From: Gammaproteobacteria bacterium
Lineage (GTDB): Bacteria > Pseudomonadota > Gammaproteobacteria > Xanthomonadales > Marinicellaceae
Direction: 5' to 3'
Assembly (NCBI GenBank): GCA_030432115.1
Contig: JAUIHY010000001.1
Coordinates: 1 to 61,290, forward strand
DNA: 61,290 nt
Part shown: one piece after another, positions 49,115 to 57,246 of the stretch
Layout of the letters: the number at the start of each line of letters is the position of its first letter
Position numbering within the stretch: the first letter of the stretch is position 1
Program-made: the position numbers and the translations under genes
The notes under the pieces: generated by a model
The model's database searches: none
What the model was told of the DNA's origin: nothing
What the model saw: only the letters and a program-made list of their open reading frames with translations

Positions 49115-49932
49115 CGCTCAAATACCCAGTTCAAGCGCGTTTTTTTGACCAATCGATAACACTTGCTTTTCAAGGCAGCCATCAAATCCAGTTGCCATTG
49201 GCTGCTATTGTCTTCAAAAATCAAAACTTTGGGTAACATAGCCGCTGGTGCTTTGGTCAAAAATGGCACCAATGCCAAATCTTCAGCCCCCTCTATATCC
49301 ACCTTCATGACATCAATTTGGCTCAGTTGGTGATTGTCTAAAATGTCATGCAGTGGAAAGCATGCCACCTGTATGGTTTGGGTGCTGTGGCCTTTTAAAC
49401 TGCTGGCCCCCAAGTTGTCTTGATTTAAGTACAAGGGAAAGGTCCCTTTGACATCACTGACTCCGCATTGGAGCACCTTCACTTCGGCCTGAGAGCTGTG
49501 GTGCTGCGCGGTGGCAGCCAAGTTGAAACGCAAACGGTCAGCCACCGGTGGATTAGGCTCTATGGCAATCACTCGTCCGTTTGGGCCCAATTTTGTCAAA
49601 GCGCTGCAACCATAAATGCCCACATTAGCACCCACATCCACCAAAACACCGTTCACCGGCAATTGCTTTAACAAAAATTCACGCTCAAAATGATCAAAGC
49701 GCCAAGGCATAAAAACAAAGCCCCGCTCAGAAATGTTGTCTTCAATATAACAACGCATGGCCAAACCATCCAAGAGCAGGTCCATGGGAAAAGTCGCACC
49801 TTTCAACACTTTTTTTCTGATCCATTGAGCCCGCTGCTTGCCCCACCAGGTGGCCGCTTGCTGCCTGGATTGATGAATCAGCTTCATTCGACGGGCATCA
49901 GGCAGGAATTGCCCAAAGGGTAGTGGGTTCAT
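49111..49932 (-). CDS. FkbM family methyltransferase
   Basis: VDVGANVG, AIEPNP, MKVDIEGAE. Confidence 0.9.
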   Translation of the reverse strand: MNPLPFGQFLPDARRMKLIHQSRQQAATWWGKQRAQWIRKKVLKGATFPMDLLLDGLAMRCYIEDNISERGFVFMPWRFDHFEREFLLKQLPVNGVLVDVGANVGIYGCSALTKLGPNGRVIAIEPNPPVADRLRFNLAATAQHHSSQAEVKVLQCGVSDVKGTFPLYLNQDNLGASSLKGHSTQTIQVACFPLHDILDNHQLSQIDVMKVDIEGAEDLALVPFLTKAPAAMLPKVLIFEDNSSQWQLDLMAALKSKCYRLVKKTRLNWVFER

Positions 49933-50042
49933 GAAAACTCTGAAAAGTATTGAGACCGCACTTTAGCAAAAATATCATGACATAAGACAAATTTTTGTGC
50001 TTTTAAAACATTTTTCTAACTTTTCATCATTACAATACAATC

Positions 50043-50846
50043 ATGGATAAATCATTGACCAGTCAATTGGAAAAATGGCACATCAGCGATCAAGAGTGGC
50101 AATCTGCACTGCAATCTGATGAACGCATTTGCTATATTCACAACCATCAAAATCAAATGTTTTGGCTCAAGAAAAAGGCGCCCGCTCGCGGTTATTGGCG
50201 CTATAAAGCACTCAATCTATTCAGCCGACTGGCTGGCATTCCATTGATTAAATCAGTCCCTCAATACGGCGGTCAAACTGCTTTGAACACCGAGGCCCGC
50301 CGCATCACTTCTTTGGCATCCAAAGGGATTGTTGTGCCTGAATTGTTGATACAGCAGCCTGGTTTTTTATTGCTCAGCCACTTGGGTGATTCACTAATCA
50401 TTCAATTCAAAGACCCAAACACAAGCCAAGGCCGCAAAAGGGCATTACTCACTGCTTGTTTACAAGCCATCAAATCAGTGCACCAAAAAAACCAACACCT
50501 GAGTCAAGCTTTTGTCAGAAACATGGTGCAAGTCAGCGAAGAACCTTTGATCATAGGCTTTATCGATTTTGAAGACGACCCCAAGACGGTGATGTCTTTA
50601 CCAGAAGCACAAGCCAGAGATTTGTTGCTTTTTGTTGATTCGGTGGCCAGATTTTTTCTACAAGACCGTGCCTATTTTCAACAGGCCATCACCCGATTTT
50701 TGGCAGGTCACGATCCACAGATGGTGCGAACATTGAAAGAAACCACCAACAAGCTGCAGTGGGTGACTCGCATGCCTTTTCAATCGCTGTTAGGCCATGA
50801 TTATGAAAAACTCAAATTGGCACTGTTGGCAATGAAGACAGTTTAG
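50043..50846 (+). CDS. Kinase-like-fold hypothetical protein (Kdo/WaaP/InaA-like, divergent)
   Basis: WLKK, EARRI, VPEL, RNM, GFIDFE. Confidence 0.5.
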   Translation: MDKSLTSQLEKWHISDQEWQSALQSDERICYIHNHQNQMFWLKKKAPARGYWRYKALNLFSRLAGIPLIKSVPQYGGQTALNTEARRITSLASKGIVVPELLIQQPGFLLLSHLGDSLIIQFKDPNTSQGRKRALLTACLQAIKSVHQKNQHLSQAFVRNMVQVSEEPLIIGFIDFEDDPKTVMSLPEAQARDLLLFVDSVARFFLQDRAYFQQAITRFLAGHDPQMVRTLKETTNKLQWVTRMPFQSLLGHDYEKLKLALLAMKTV

Positions 50847-50902
50847 AAAAGTTTTCCCCAGTTTTGCAATCAAGAACCTTCAAAACCTGGTCTGATGCCA
50901 AT

Positions 50903-51340
50903 TCATTGTTTTTTCATTTCCCAGTATTTTTGCATTTCAAAAAACAAAAATGAGGCCGACCAGGTGATCAAAACCAGCCCAGTCAACGATTCAATACCGG
51001 TCAGAAAACGGATGTCCCCTGTCGGCACGATGTCTCCAAAACCCAAGGTGGTAAAATTGGTGTATGAGAAATACACGCAATCAAGAATACCGCCATCAAA
51101 ATTACCTTCTAAGGTACCCCAATACCCCAACTGATAAATAAAATAATAGGCAAAGGCAAAAATCCACACTTCGATGGAATGTGCAATCAAGGCACCAAAC
51201 ACCCCAATGACAATTCGGAAACGCGGCTTTATGCGTAACTTAGGTATCAGTTTTGACAAATAAAACAAGCATTCATAATGAATCAATACCACCAATGTCA
51301 CAACCACGCAGTTTATGACAGTTGCCCAAATGATGCTCAC
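50903..51340 (-). CDS. Small potassium-channel-family protein (Ion_trans_2)
   Basis: YFSYTNFTTLGFGDIVP pore signature. Confidence 0.85.
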   Translation of the reverse strand: MSIIWATVINCVVVTLVVLIHYECLFYLSKLIPKLRIKPRFRIVIGVFGALIAHSIEVWIFAFAYYFIYQLGYWGTLEGNFDGGILDCVYFSYTNFTTLGFGDIVPTGDIRFLTGIESLTGLVLITWSASFLFFEMQKYWEMKKQ

Positions 51341-51750
51341 AGGACCTCCAAAGCTTGGCGCAATTTTTGTGGCAGTTCACTCAGTTCATTTTCTGAATAA
51401 CCACTGAAAGGCAATTCCTGACCCCAGACCACATCAGGCCACAATGGATCATGATGAAATCGGCCTACCACATGAACATGCAGTTGCGACACCACATTGC
51501 CAATACTGGCAGTGTTTATCTTGTCACATTGATGCTCTTGTTGCAGAAACAAAGCCAGTTTGCGCAATAAATTGGCCAGTTGTGATTGCAATTCCTGGCT
51601 CAAATCAAACCACTCTGTAGCAGCAACTTTAGGTACCACGATAAACCAGGGTAGGGATTTGTTCTTATTCAGTAGGACAAAAAAATCATCACAGCTGAGC
51701 AGCTCATGCGTGTCATTTGCCAATCGAGGGTCTAAGGTAAATTCAGTCAT
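51337..51750 (-). CDS. HIT family protein
   Basis: FTLDPRL, GNVVSQLHVHVVGR. Confidence 0.9.
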   Translation of the reverse strand: MTEFTLDPRLANDTHELLSCDDFFVLLNKNKSLPWFIVVPKVAATEWFDLSQELQSQLANLLRKLALFLQQEHQCDKINTASIGNVVSQLHVHVVGRFHHDPLWPDVVWGQELPFSGYSENELSELPQKLRQALEVL

Positions 51751-51770
51751 ACTGACATTGTAACAAAAGT

Positions 51771-51784
51771 GGCCATCCTTGGCC
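51771..51784 (-). promoter_or_regulatory. GGCCA-AGGA-TGGCC hairpin (CsrA/RsmA-site-like or small REP-like element)
   Basis: 5-bp stem with AGGA loop between the CSLREA gene and the HIT gene. Confidence 0.35.
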
Positions 51785-51807
51785 TCGGCAGCTCAACCCT
51801 ATTTAAT

Positions 51808-53256
51808 TTAACCTCCAAAACCATCAGACCAAAGCAAATCATGATCCTCAGGAACTTCGATGGCACCAATGTCACACATCGAGTTGTTGTCACCATCGCC
51901 ATCCATCGGGCGAGGGTTGTTTTGTTGGTCTTTTTCTAAATCTCCACCACCGTAGAACAAACACGCCGACAAAGGAACCCCATCAATTGCCGAAGAGTCA
52001 GTAGTTGGTGTCAGAGCAGGAAATCCAGCGTCATCAAATGATATCCCTGACAGCAAAGGGTCTTCACGGCGATCTGTGGTCGGGCTGAAAGGACATGAAG
52101 TGTCATCAATGATGGTCCTTGCTGTGTTCAAGATGGATGTGCTGCCACTACAATTTGATCCACCTTGAGGGTAGGCCAAAATACTGGCGCCAATGCTGCC
52201 CAATGTGCCACCATATGCATAAATATTACCACCCAATGAAGCGGTGTTATGTGCCAAGGTTGAATGATAAATATATAACCAAGCATTTTGCCCATTGCCT
52301 CCAGAGCTTGAAAGCGCACCGCCACGATCTGCGACATTATGAGCCATCACACTGTTATAAACCCATGCTTGCGCATCAAGCGCCACATACAAGGCACCAC
52401 CACTGCTGCTGGCCGTGTTGCCAATGAAAGCATTGCGATTAAAAATATAGTTTTGCACTGCAGCAGTGGCAAATATGGCCATACCACCCCCGCTTTCCTC
52501 ACTTAAATTGTGATAAAACTGGTTATGACTGATTGAGAAGTTATCAGAACCCGTGTCTGCCACCAATATTGCCCCACCTGTGCCTGCTGATACATTGTTT
52601 TGAAAACGGTTGTTTAATAAAGTGAATTCACCTGCAGTGCCTTCGCTTAAATAAATCGCACCGCCGTCTTCATTGGCTTGGTTACCTACAAATATACTGT
52701 CTCTGATGGTGATTTTTCCTGTGGCATTAACGCCTTCTATTGATATAGCACCACCAAATGACCCCTCATTATTTTCAAACACAGACTCACTGATAAATAC
52801 CTGACTCGTTAAGCCATTTGTGCCATTATTGTGGACGTAGATCGCACCACCTGAACCATTGGCTGTGTCACCGTTAGTCAAATGTAATCCAATGAATTCA
52901 AATATATGACCACTGCTTTGAATGGGATAAACCTCAAAAATGCGGTGATTATTTGCTGCTTGAATAAGCACAGGTTCATCGGCTCCAAACGGCGCCCTGA
53001 TGGCGATTGAGCTGGTCACATTAATCTGTGACGTCAGTTGAATGGAGCCATTGACATCAATAATAACAATGTCCACAGCATTACCCGCTGTACAGCCATC
53101 AACTGCTACATCGGTGTTCGCTGCTTTGACCGCTTCTCGCAAGTCACAACCACCGTCATTGCTGTTGTTATTGTCTGTGACTTTGTTCACCGTGATGATG
53201 CCACTTTGAGCGACATGGAGCCACATTGTCAAAAGTAAAATTGCGATAAATTTCAT
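51808..53256 (-). CDS. CSLREA-domain secreted protein with Pmp-like GGA(I/L)/FxxN repeats, choice-of-anchor Q region and DLLWSDGF tail
   Basis: Signal peptide; CDLREAV; FENN..GGAI, FVGN..GGAI, FQNN..GGAI; DQQNNPR...CDIGAIE. Confidence 0.88.
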   Translation of the reverse strand: MKFIAILLLTMWLHVAQSGIITVNKVTDNNNSNDGGCDLREAVKAANTDVAVDGCTAGNAVDIVIIDVNGSIQLTSQINVTSSIAIRAPFGADEPVLIQAANNHRIFEVYPIQSSGHIFEFIGLHLTNGDTANGSGGAIYVHNNGTNGLTSQVFISESVFENNEGSFGGAISIEGVNATGKITIRDSIFVGNQANEDGGAIYLSEGTAGEFTLLNNRFQNNVSAGTGGAILVADTGSDNFSISHNQFYHNLSEESGGGMAIFATAAVQNYIFNRNAFIGNTASSSGGALYVALDAQAWVYNSVMAHNVADRGGALSSSGGNGQNAWLYIYHSTLAHNTASLGGNIYAYGGTLGSIGASILAYPQGGSNCSGSTSILNTARTIIDDTSCPFSPTTDRREDPLLSGISFDDAGFPALTPTTDSSAIDGVPLSACLFYGGGDLEKDQQNNPRPMDGDGDNNSMCDIGAIEVPEDHDLLWSDGFGG

Positions 53257-53281
53257 GATTCACCTCTTTCAAAAACACTGT

Positions 53282-53309
53282 TAACAAGTAATCAGGATTT
53301 TTACTGACA
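53282..53309 (-). promoter_or_regulatory. Putative ECF-sigma promoter, copy E: TGTCAG-N17-TGTTA
   Basis: Same motif and spacing; TGTT starts 30 nt before ATG 53256; directly divergent from the sigma gene. Confidence 0.72.
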
Positions 53310-53379
53310 TTTATTTTGAAAAAATTGAGAAAAAGTGACATTTTTGATACCCTCAAGTCATCGTTTATGGACGACAAAT

Positions 53380-53913
53380 ATGGAATATCAACAATTGACC
53401 CAAGCACTGAACCAAAAACCCAACGACCTGTCCGATCACCAGAAACAGGACTTGACTTATGTTTACTCGCATTTAAAAAAAATTGCGCGATCTCAACGAT
53501 TTAAGGTCAAAGGCACGGGTCTTAACACCACCGCATTGGTTAATGAAGCATGGATCAAAAGCCAAGGCAGCGCCAAAAGTTTCAATGACCGCAACCACTT
53601 TTTCGCTTATTGTGCATTGGCCATGCGTCATATCCTGCTTAATGAAGCCAAAAAACACCGCCTGATTACCTATGTAGACAACGCCGCTGACTTCGAACAA
53701 CCCTTGATTAAAGAAGCCGATGCCTTATTGGATTTAGAACGGCATTTAGAAAAACTCAAAAACTTTTCCCCCCGGTTAGAACAAATATTCACCTATAAAT
53801 TTTTTGGTGACATGGAGTTTGATGCCATTGCTGAGGTTTTGAATGTCAGCGAACGGACTGTTTTCCGTGATTGGAAAAAAGCCAAAGCCATGTTGGCCGC
53901 AGCAATGCAATGA
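53380..53913 (+). CDS. ECF sigma factor, TIGR02999 / kinase-associated (ECF43-like)
   Basis: VYSHLKKIA, LNTTALVNEAW, DRNHFFA..ALAMRHIL, IAEVLNVSERTVFRDW. Confidence 0.9.
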   Translation: MEYQQLTQALNQKPNDLSDHQKQDLTYVYSHLKKIARSQRFKVKGTGLNTTALVNEAWIKSQGSAKSFNDRNHFFAYCALAMRHILLNEAKKHRLITYVDNAADFEQPLIKEADALLDLERHLEKLKNFSPRLEQIFTYKFFGDMEFDAIAEVLNVSERTVFRDWKKAKAMLAAAMQ

Positions 53914-56363
53914 AAGAAGACATAGAAAAAATTTGGGCACAAATCGATGCCGACTTTGAAGCCGATGATGCGCAAGATGTCACGGAGTATTTAATCAAAA
54001 AAGGCTGGAACAAAGGTGTTGAAAACGGTGTGGCAGACCTGGCTGAAAGCATTGTAGAACAGGCATTTATAGAGCAAGACACATTAAAAGTCAGCCCCTC
54101 TGAAAAGTACCGCATCATCAAACAATTAGATTTTGGTGGCCAAAGCGACATTTATTTGGCCGAACGTTCAGACGGTATTTACCACAAAACCGTCATCATT
54201 AAATTCATTTCTCAGTTGCATCACCACGCAGGTGCAAAACAACAGTTTTTACAAGAAATGCAAATGTTGGCCGACCTCAACCACCCCGGTGTGGTCGGCA
54301 TTTTAGACGGAGGGCTGACAGACCAAGGTCAGCCATGGCTGGTGTTGGATTACATTGAAGGGGAACACATTGATGACTATTGCCTCAAGCAAGCTGCCAG
54401 CAATCAAGACATCATCAAACTCATCATTGACCTTTGCGATGCCTTGCGTTTTGTCCATCGCCGTCAGGTACTGCATTTGGACATCAAACCCAGCAATGTT
54501 TTGATCAAGCGCATCAACCAAGTACCGCACCCCGTTTTGATTGATTTTGGTATCGCCAAGAAGCAACAAGAACAAGATGATGCGGCCTATGGCACACCTG
54601 GATATGCAGCACCAGAGACTTTAAAATCTGAGAGCCCACCGGACATCAGGGCCGATGTTTTTGCACTGGGTATGTTGCTGGCACAACTGATTTGTCGCAA
54701 TGATGTCAGTAACGTGGGCTTGCTGTCCTCTCAAGATCGCCAAGAATTATTAAGCAAACACAAAGCCAGTTCTGATTTGCAGGCCATCATCAGCCAAGCC
54801 ACTCAAAAAGATCGCAACTACCGATACCAAGACACTGAAGCTTTCAGAAATGATTTAAATCGATACCTCTTGGGCATGCCCTTGAGCATGGACTCTGGCC
54901 TTCCTCAAATGATATGGAAAGGTGTAAAGCGCCACAAAATGCTGGTCACTGCCGCTTCTGTTGCCATGATCTTTGCCATTTACTTTGCGATACAGTACAC
55001 CCAAGAAATTCGTCAGCTACAAAGAATCACACTGCAAGAAAAACAACAAAGTGATGAATTGATGAATTATATGCTGGATGAATTATTTGAAGAATTAGCC
55101 AAAATTGGTCGTGTTGATGTACTGAAATCTGTGACAGAAAAAAGCGTCAACCATTTGGCATCTCAAGACCCCAGGGCCATGACAGATTTAGATCATTTAC
55201 AAACAGCCAAAGCCTATATGAACGCCGGTCAAGTTTTTGATGCCTTAGAACTTTCTCAACAAGGCAAGCAAGCCTACCTCAAAGCCAAAGAAAACCTCAA
55301 ACCCTTGGATTCTTTGCCATATGCTCAAGTGAATAAAGACAATTTACTGGGTGAAATCAACATCGGCCTGAGTCAAGTGTTGAGCTCTGAAGGCCAAGAG
55401 GAGGCCACAGAAAAAATATTAACTGAAACCATCAGAATCACCGAAGGCTTACAAGAGTTAGGCATGTTAAAAAACCCGTTGACCCTTTGGGAAGCTTACT
55501 TACAACTGGGTTGGCACCATTTAGAGTATGGAAAAGACAGAACAGCAAAGGACAACATTGATGCCGCATTGATGCTGAGCCAAGCGATGCTTGAGGACAA
55601 AAATCAAAACCGTGCACAATGGTTGTATGCGCATTCACATGGTTTGCAGCTCAAGGCTTGGTATGAAATTGATTTTGGTACGCTTGATACCGGTATCCAA
55701 GACCTCACCAATGCAGTCTCATTTGCCCAGGAAGCCATCTCATCAGATCCGGAAGACATAAAAAAGCTCAACAACCGCCGCATATTATTAAATCAGCTGG
55801 GCTATTTTTTATTGGAAAAACAAGCCTTTGATGTGGCTTTGCCCTACGCAGAAGAAGCAGTCAAACAAGGACAACAATTACAGCTTAAAGTACCCAAAAA
55901 CTTAGAGTTTAAAAGAGAATTGGCCGTCTCTTATTCCACTCTGGGAGAAGTGCTGCAACAATTGGGCAACAACGAATCTGCTTTGAACTACTACCAAGCC
56001 AGCTTGAACATTTCCGAACTATTGGCCACTCAAGATAAAAACAATTATTCAACCATCAATGATTTCGCTATTGATATTTTATTGGTTGCCAACCTCAATC
56101 ACCAGTTGGGCTACCAAAAAGAAGCCCTGAATTTATGGCACAAAGCCGCTGATTTAATGCGCCCCATTCAAGAAAAGGAACCCAACAACAAATACTATAA
56201 CCACACGCTTTTCGTTGCTTTGGTGCAACTTAAAAAATACCTAGAGGCCAAAGTCCTTTACCAAACACTGGTAGATAATGGCATGGACGACCAACAAATC
56301 AAAGACCTGCTGGTTCAGCACCAGTTAAGCGCTTGGGAGAACAACAAAAAGGGCCCTGAATGA
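53910..56363 (+). CDS. Membrane Ser/Thr protein kinase with extracytoplasmic TPR domain
   Basis: LADLNHPGVV, HLDIKPSN, DFG, GTPGYAAPE, DVFALG; one TM segment; TPR helices; ATGA-coupled to the sigma gene. Confidence 0.92.
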   Translation: MKEDIEKIWAQIDADFEADDAQDVTEYLIKKGWNKGVENGVADLAESIVEQAFIEQDTLKVSPSEKYRIIKQLDFGGQSDIYLAERSDGIYHKTVIIKFISQLHHHAGAKQQFLQEMQMLADLNHPGVVGILDGGLTDQGQPWLVLDYIEGEHIDDYCLKQAASNQDIIKLIIDLCDALRFVHRRQVLHLDIKPSNVLIKRINQVPHPVLIDFGIAKKQQEQDDAAYGTPGYAAPETLKSESPPDIRADVFALGMLLAQLICRNDVSNVGLLSSQDRQELLSKHKASSDLQAIISQATQKDRNYRYQDTEAFRNDLNRYLLGMPLSMDSGLPQMIWKGVKRHKMLVTAASVAMIFAIYFAIQYTQEIRQLQRITLQEKQQSDELMNYMLDELFEELAKIGRVDVLKSVTEKSVNHLASQDPRAMTDLDHLQTAKAYMNAGQVFDALELSQQGKQAYLKAKENLKPLDSLPYAQVNKDNLLGEINIGLSQVLSSEGQEEATEKILTETIRITEGLQELGMLKNPLTLWEAYLQLGWHHLEYGKDRTAKDNIDAALMLSQAMLEDKNQNRAQWLYAHSHGLQLKAWYEIDFGTLDTGIQDLTNAVSFAQEAISSDPEDIKKLNNRRILLNQLGYFLLEKQAFDVALPYAEEAVKQGQQLQLKVPKNLEFKRELAVSYSTLGEVLQQLGNNESALNYYQASLNISELLATQDKNNYSTINDFAIDILLVANLNHQLGYQKEALNLWHKAADLMRPIQEKEPNNKYYNHTLFVALVQLKKYLEAKVLYQTLVDNGMDDQQIKDLLVQHQLSAWENNKKGPE

Positions 56364-56373
56364 GCCCTTTTTT
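56346..56373. terminator. Bidirectional terminator overlapping the kinase stop codon
   Basis: AAAAAGGGC...GCCCTTTTTT. Confidence 0.7.
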
Positions 56374-56393
56374 GTTTTGAGTTCTCGGCTGTT

Positions 56394-57125
56394 TTAGAAA
56401 CTGAACCAAATTCCGAAATCACCGTCTCCAATTCTCCAACCACCATGGTGGTGCCAGTTGCTGTAATAGTTTCGATAGAAGTATTCATCGTGGTCATGGT
56501 CACACCAATAACCGTCATGCCAATGGCCCCATCCATAGCCTGATCTCAAGAAGTAGTGACCCAAACCCCTTAATGGTCTGTAACGGTACCTGTCATCATA
56601 ATAAGGCGAATAGTTGCTGTAGTAATTGTTGTAATATCGGTTGTGTTTTCTCCAATACTTACGTTGTTTCTTTAACCGTTTTTTCCAGTTCTTATACTTG
56701 CCCTTGTAGTGTCTGCCATTGTAGTTGTGTTTACCATAATACCTGCGATCATCATGTCTGTCATGCCCATAATATTGGTTGTGTCTGTAATCGTGGCGAT
56801 TGAAATGCTTGCCACCCTTTCGGTAGTCATATCGTCGGTGTTTGTTGTCCTTATAACCATGTCTGTTTCCGTGTCCATGTTTTGACACATGACGATTCGG
56901 TTTGCCGTAGTCATTGTGGTTTTGGTGTTTCCAAGGTTGCTTATTGTGACCTCCAGAATGGTGTCTTTTTTGCTCATGTTTTGTCGCAGAACGGTGTTTT
57001 TGTCCGCTGACTGATTTTCTGTCATGCCCACCACTTCTGTCTCGATCAACACGTTCTCTGGCATCTGCTGCTGATAGGGTGAATGCCAAAGCAGTCACTG
57101 ATAATAAGGTTTTGAAAGCGTTCAT
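56394..57125 (-). CDS. Exported His/Arg/Tyr/Lys-rich low-complexity protein
   Basis: Signal peptide from ATG 57125 (RBS AAGGAG); C-terminus ...GDFGIWFSF. Confidence 0.75.
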   Translation of the reverse strand: MNAFKTLLSVTALAFTLSAADARERVDRDRSGGHDRKSVSGQKHRSATKHEQKRHHSGGHNKQPWKHQNHNDYGKPNRHVSKHGHGNRHGYKDNKHRRYDYRKGGKHFNRHDYRHNQYYGHDRHDDRRYYGKHNYNGRHYKGKYKNWKKRLKKQRKYWRKHNRYYNNYYSNYSPYYDDRYRYRPLRGLGHYFLRSGYGWGHWHDGYWCDHDHDEYFYRNYYSNWHHHGGWRIGDGDFGIWFSF

Positions 57126-57169
57126 TTGTTGCTCCTTTGTTGTTACATGATTCAGCTTACGGATATTGT

Positions 57170-57214
57170 CTGAACACTTTCTGAACCTTAAATGGCTGTT
57201 CATTTGGCGTTAAG
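57170..57214. promoter_or_regulatory. 11-bp-period direct repeats, OmpR/PhoB-family-like operator
   Basis: CTGAAC at 57170 and 57181; on the minus strand CTTAAC-N5-ATGAAC (57214-57198). Confidence 0.45.
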
Positions 57215-57246
57215 AAAAGTAGAATGATTTGATTTGAGGATGTGCG

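Noticed and set aside
53310-53379. Autoregulatory copy of the motif in front of the sigma gene
   Set aside because: Only TGACAT with CGTTT at the wrong spacing; no support for autoregulation.
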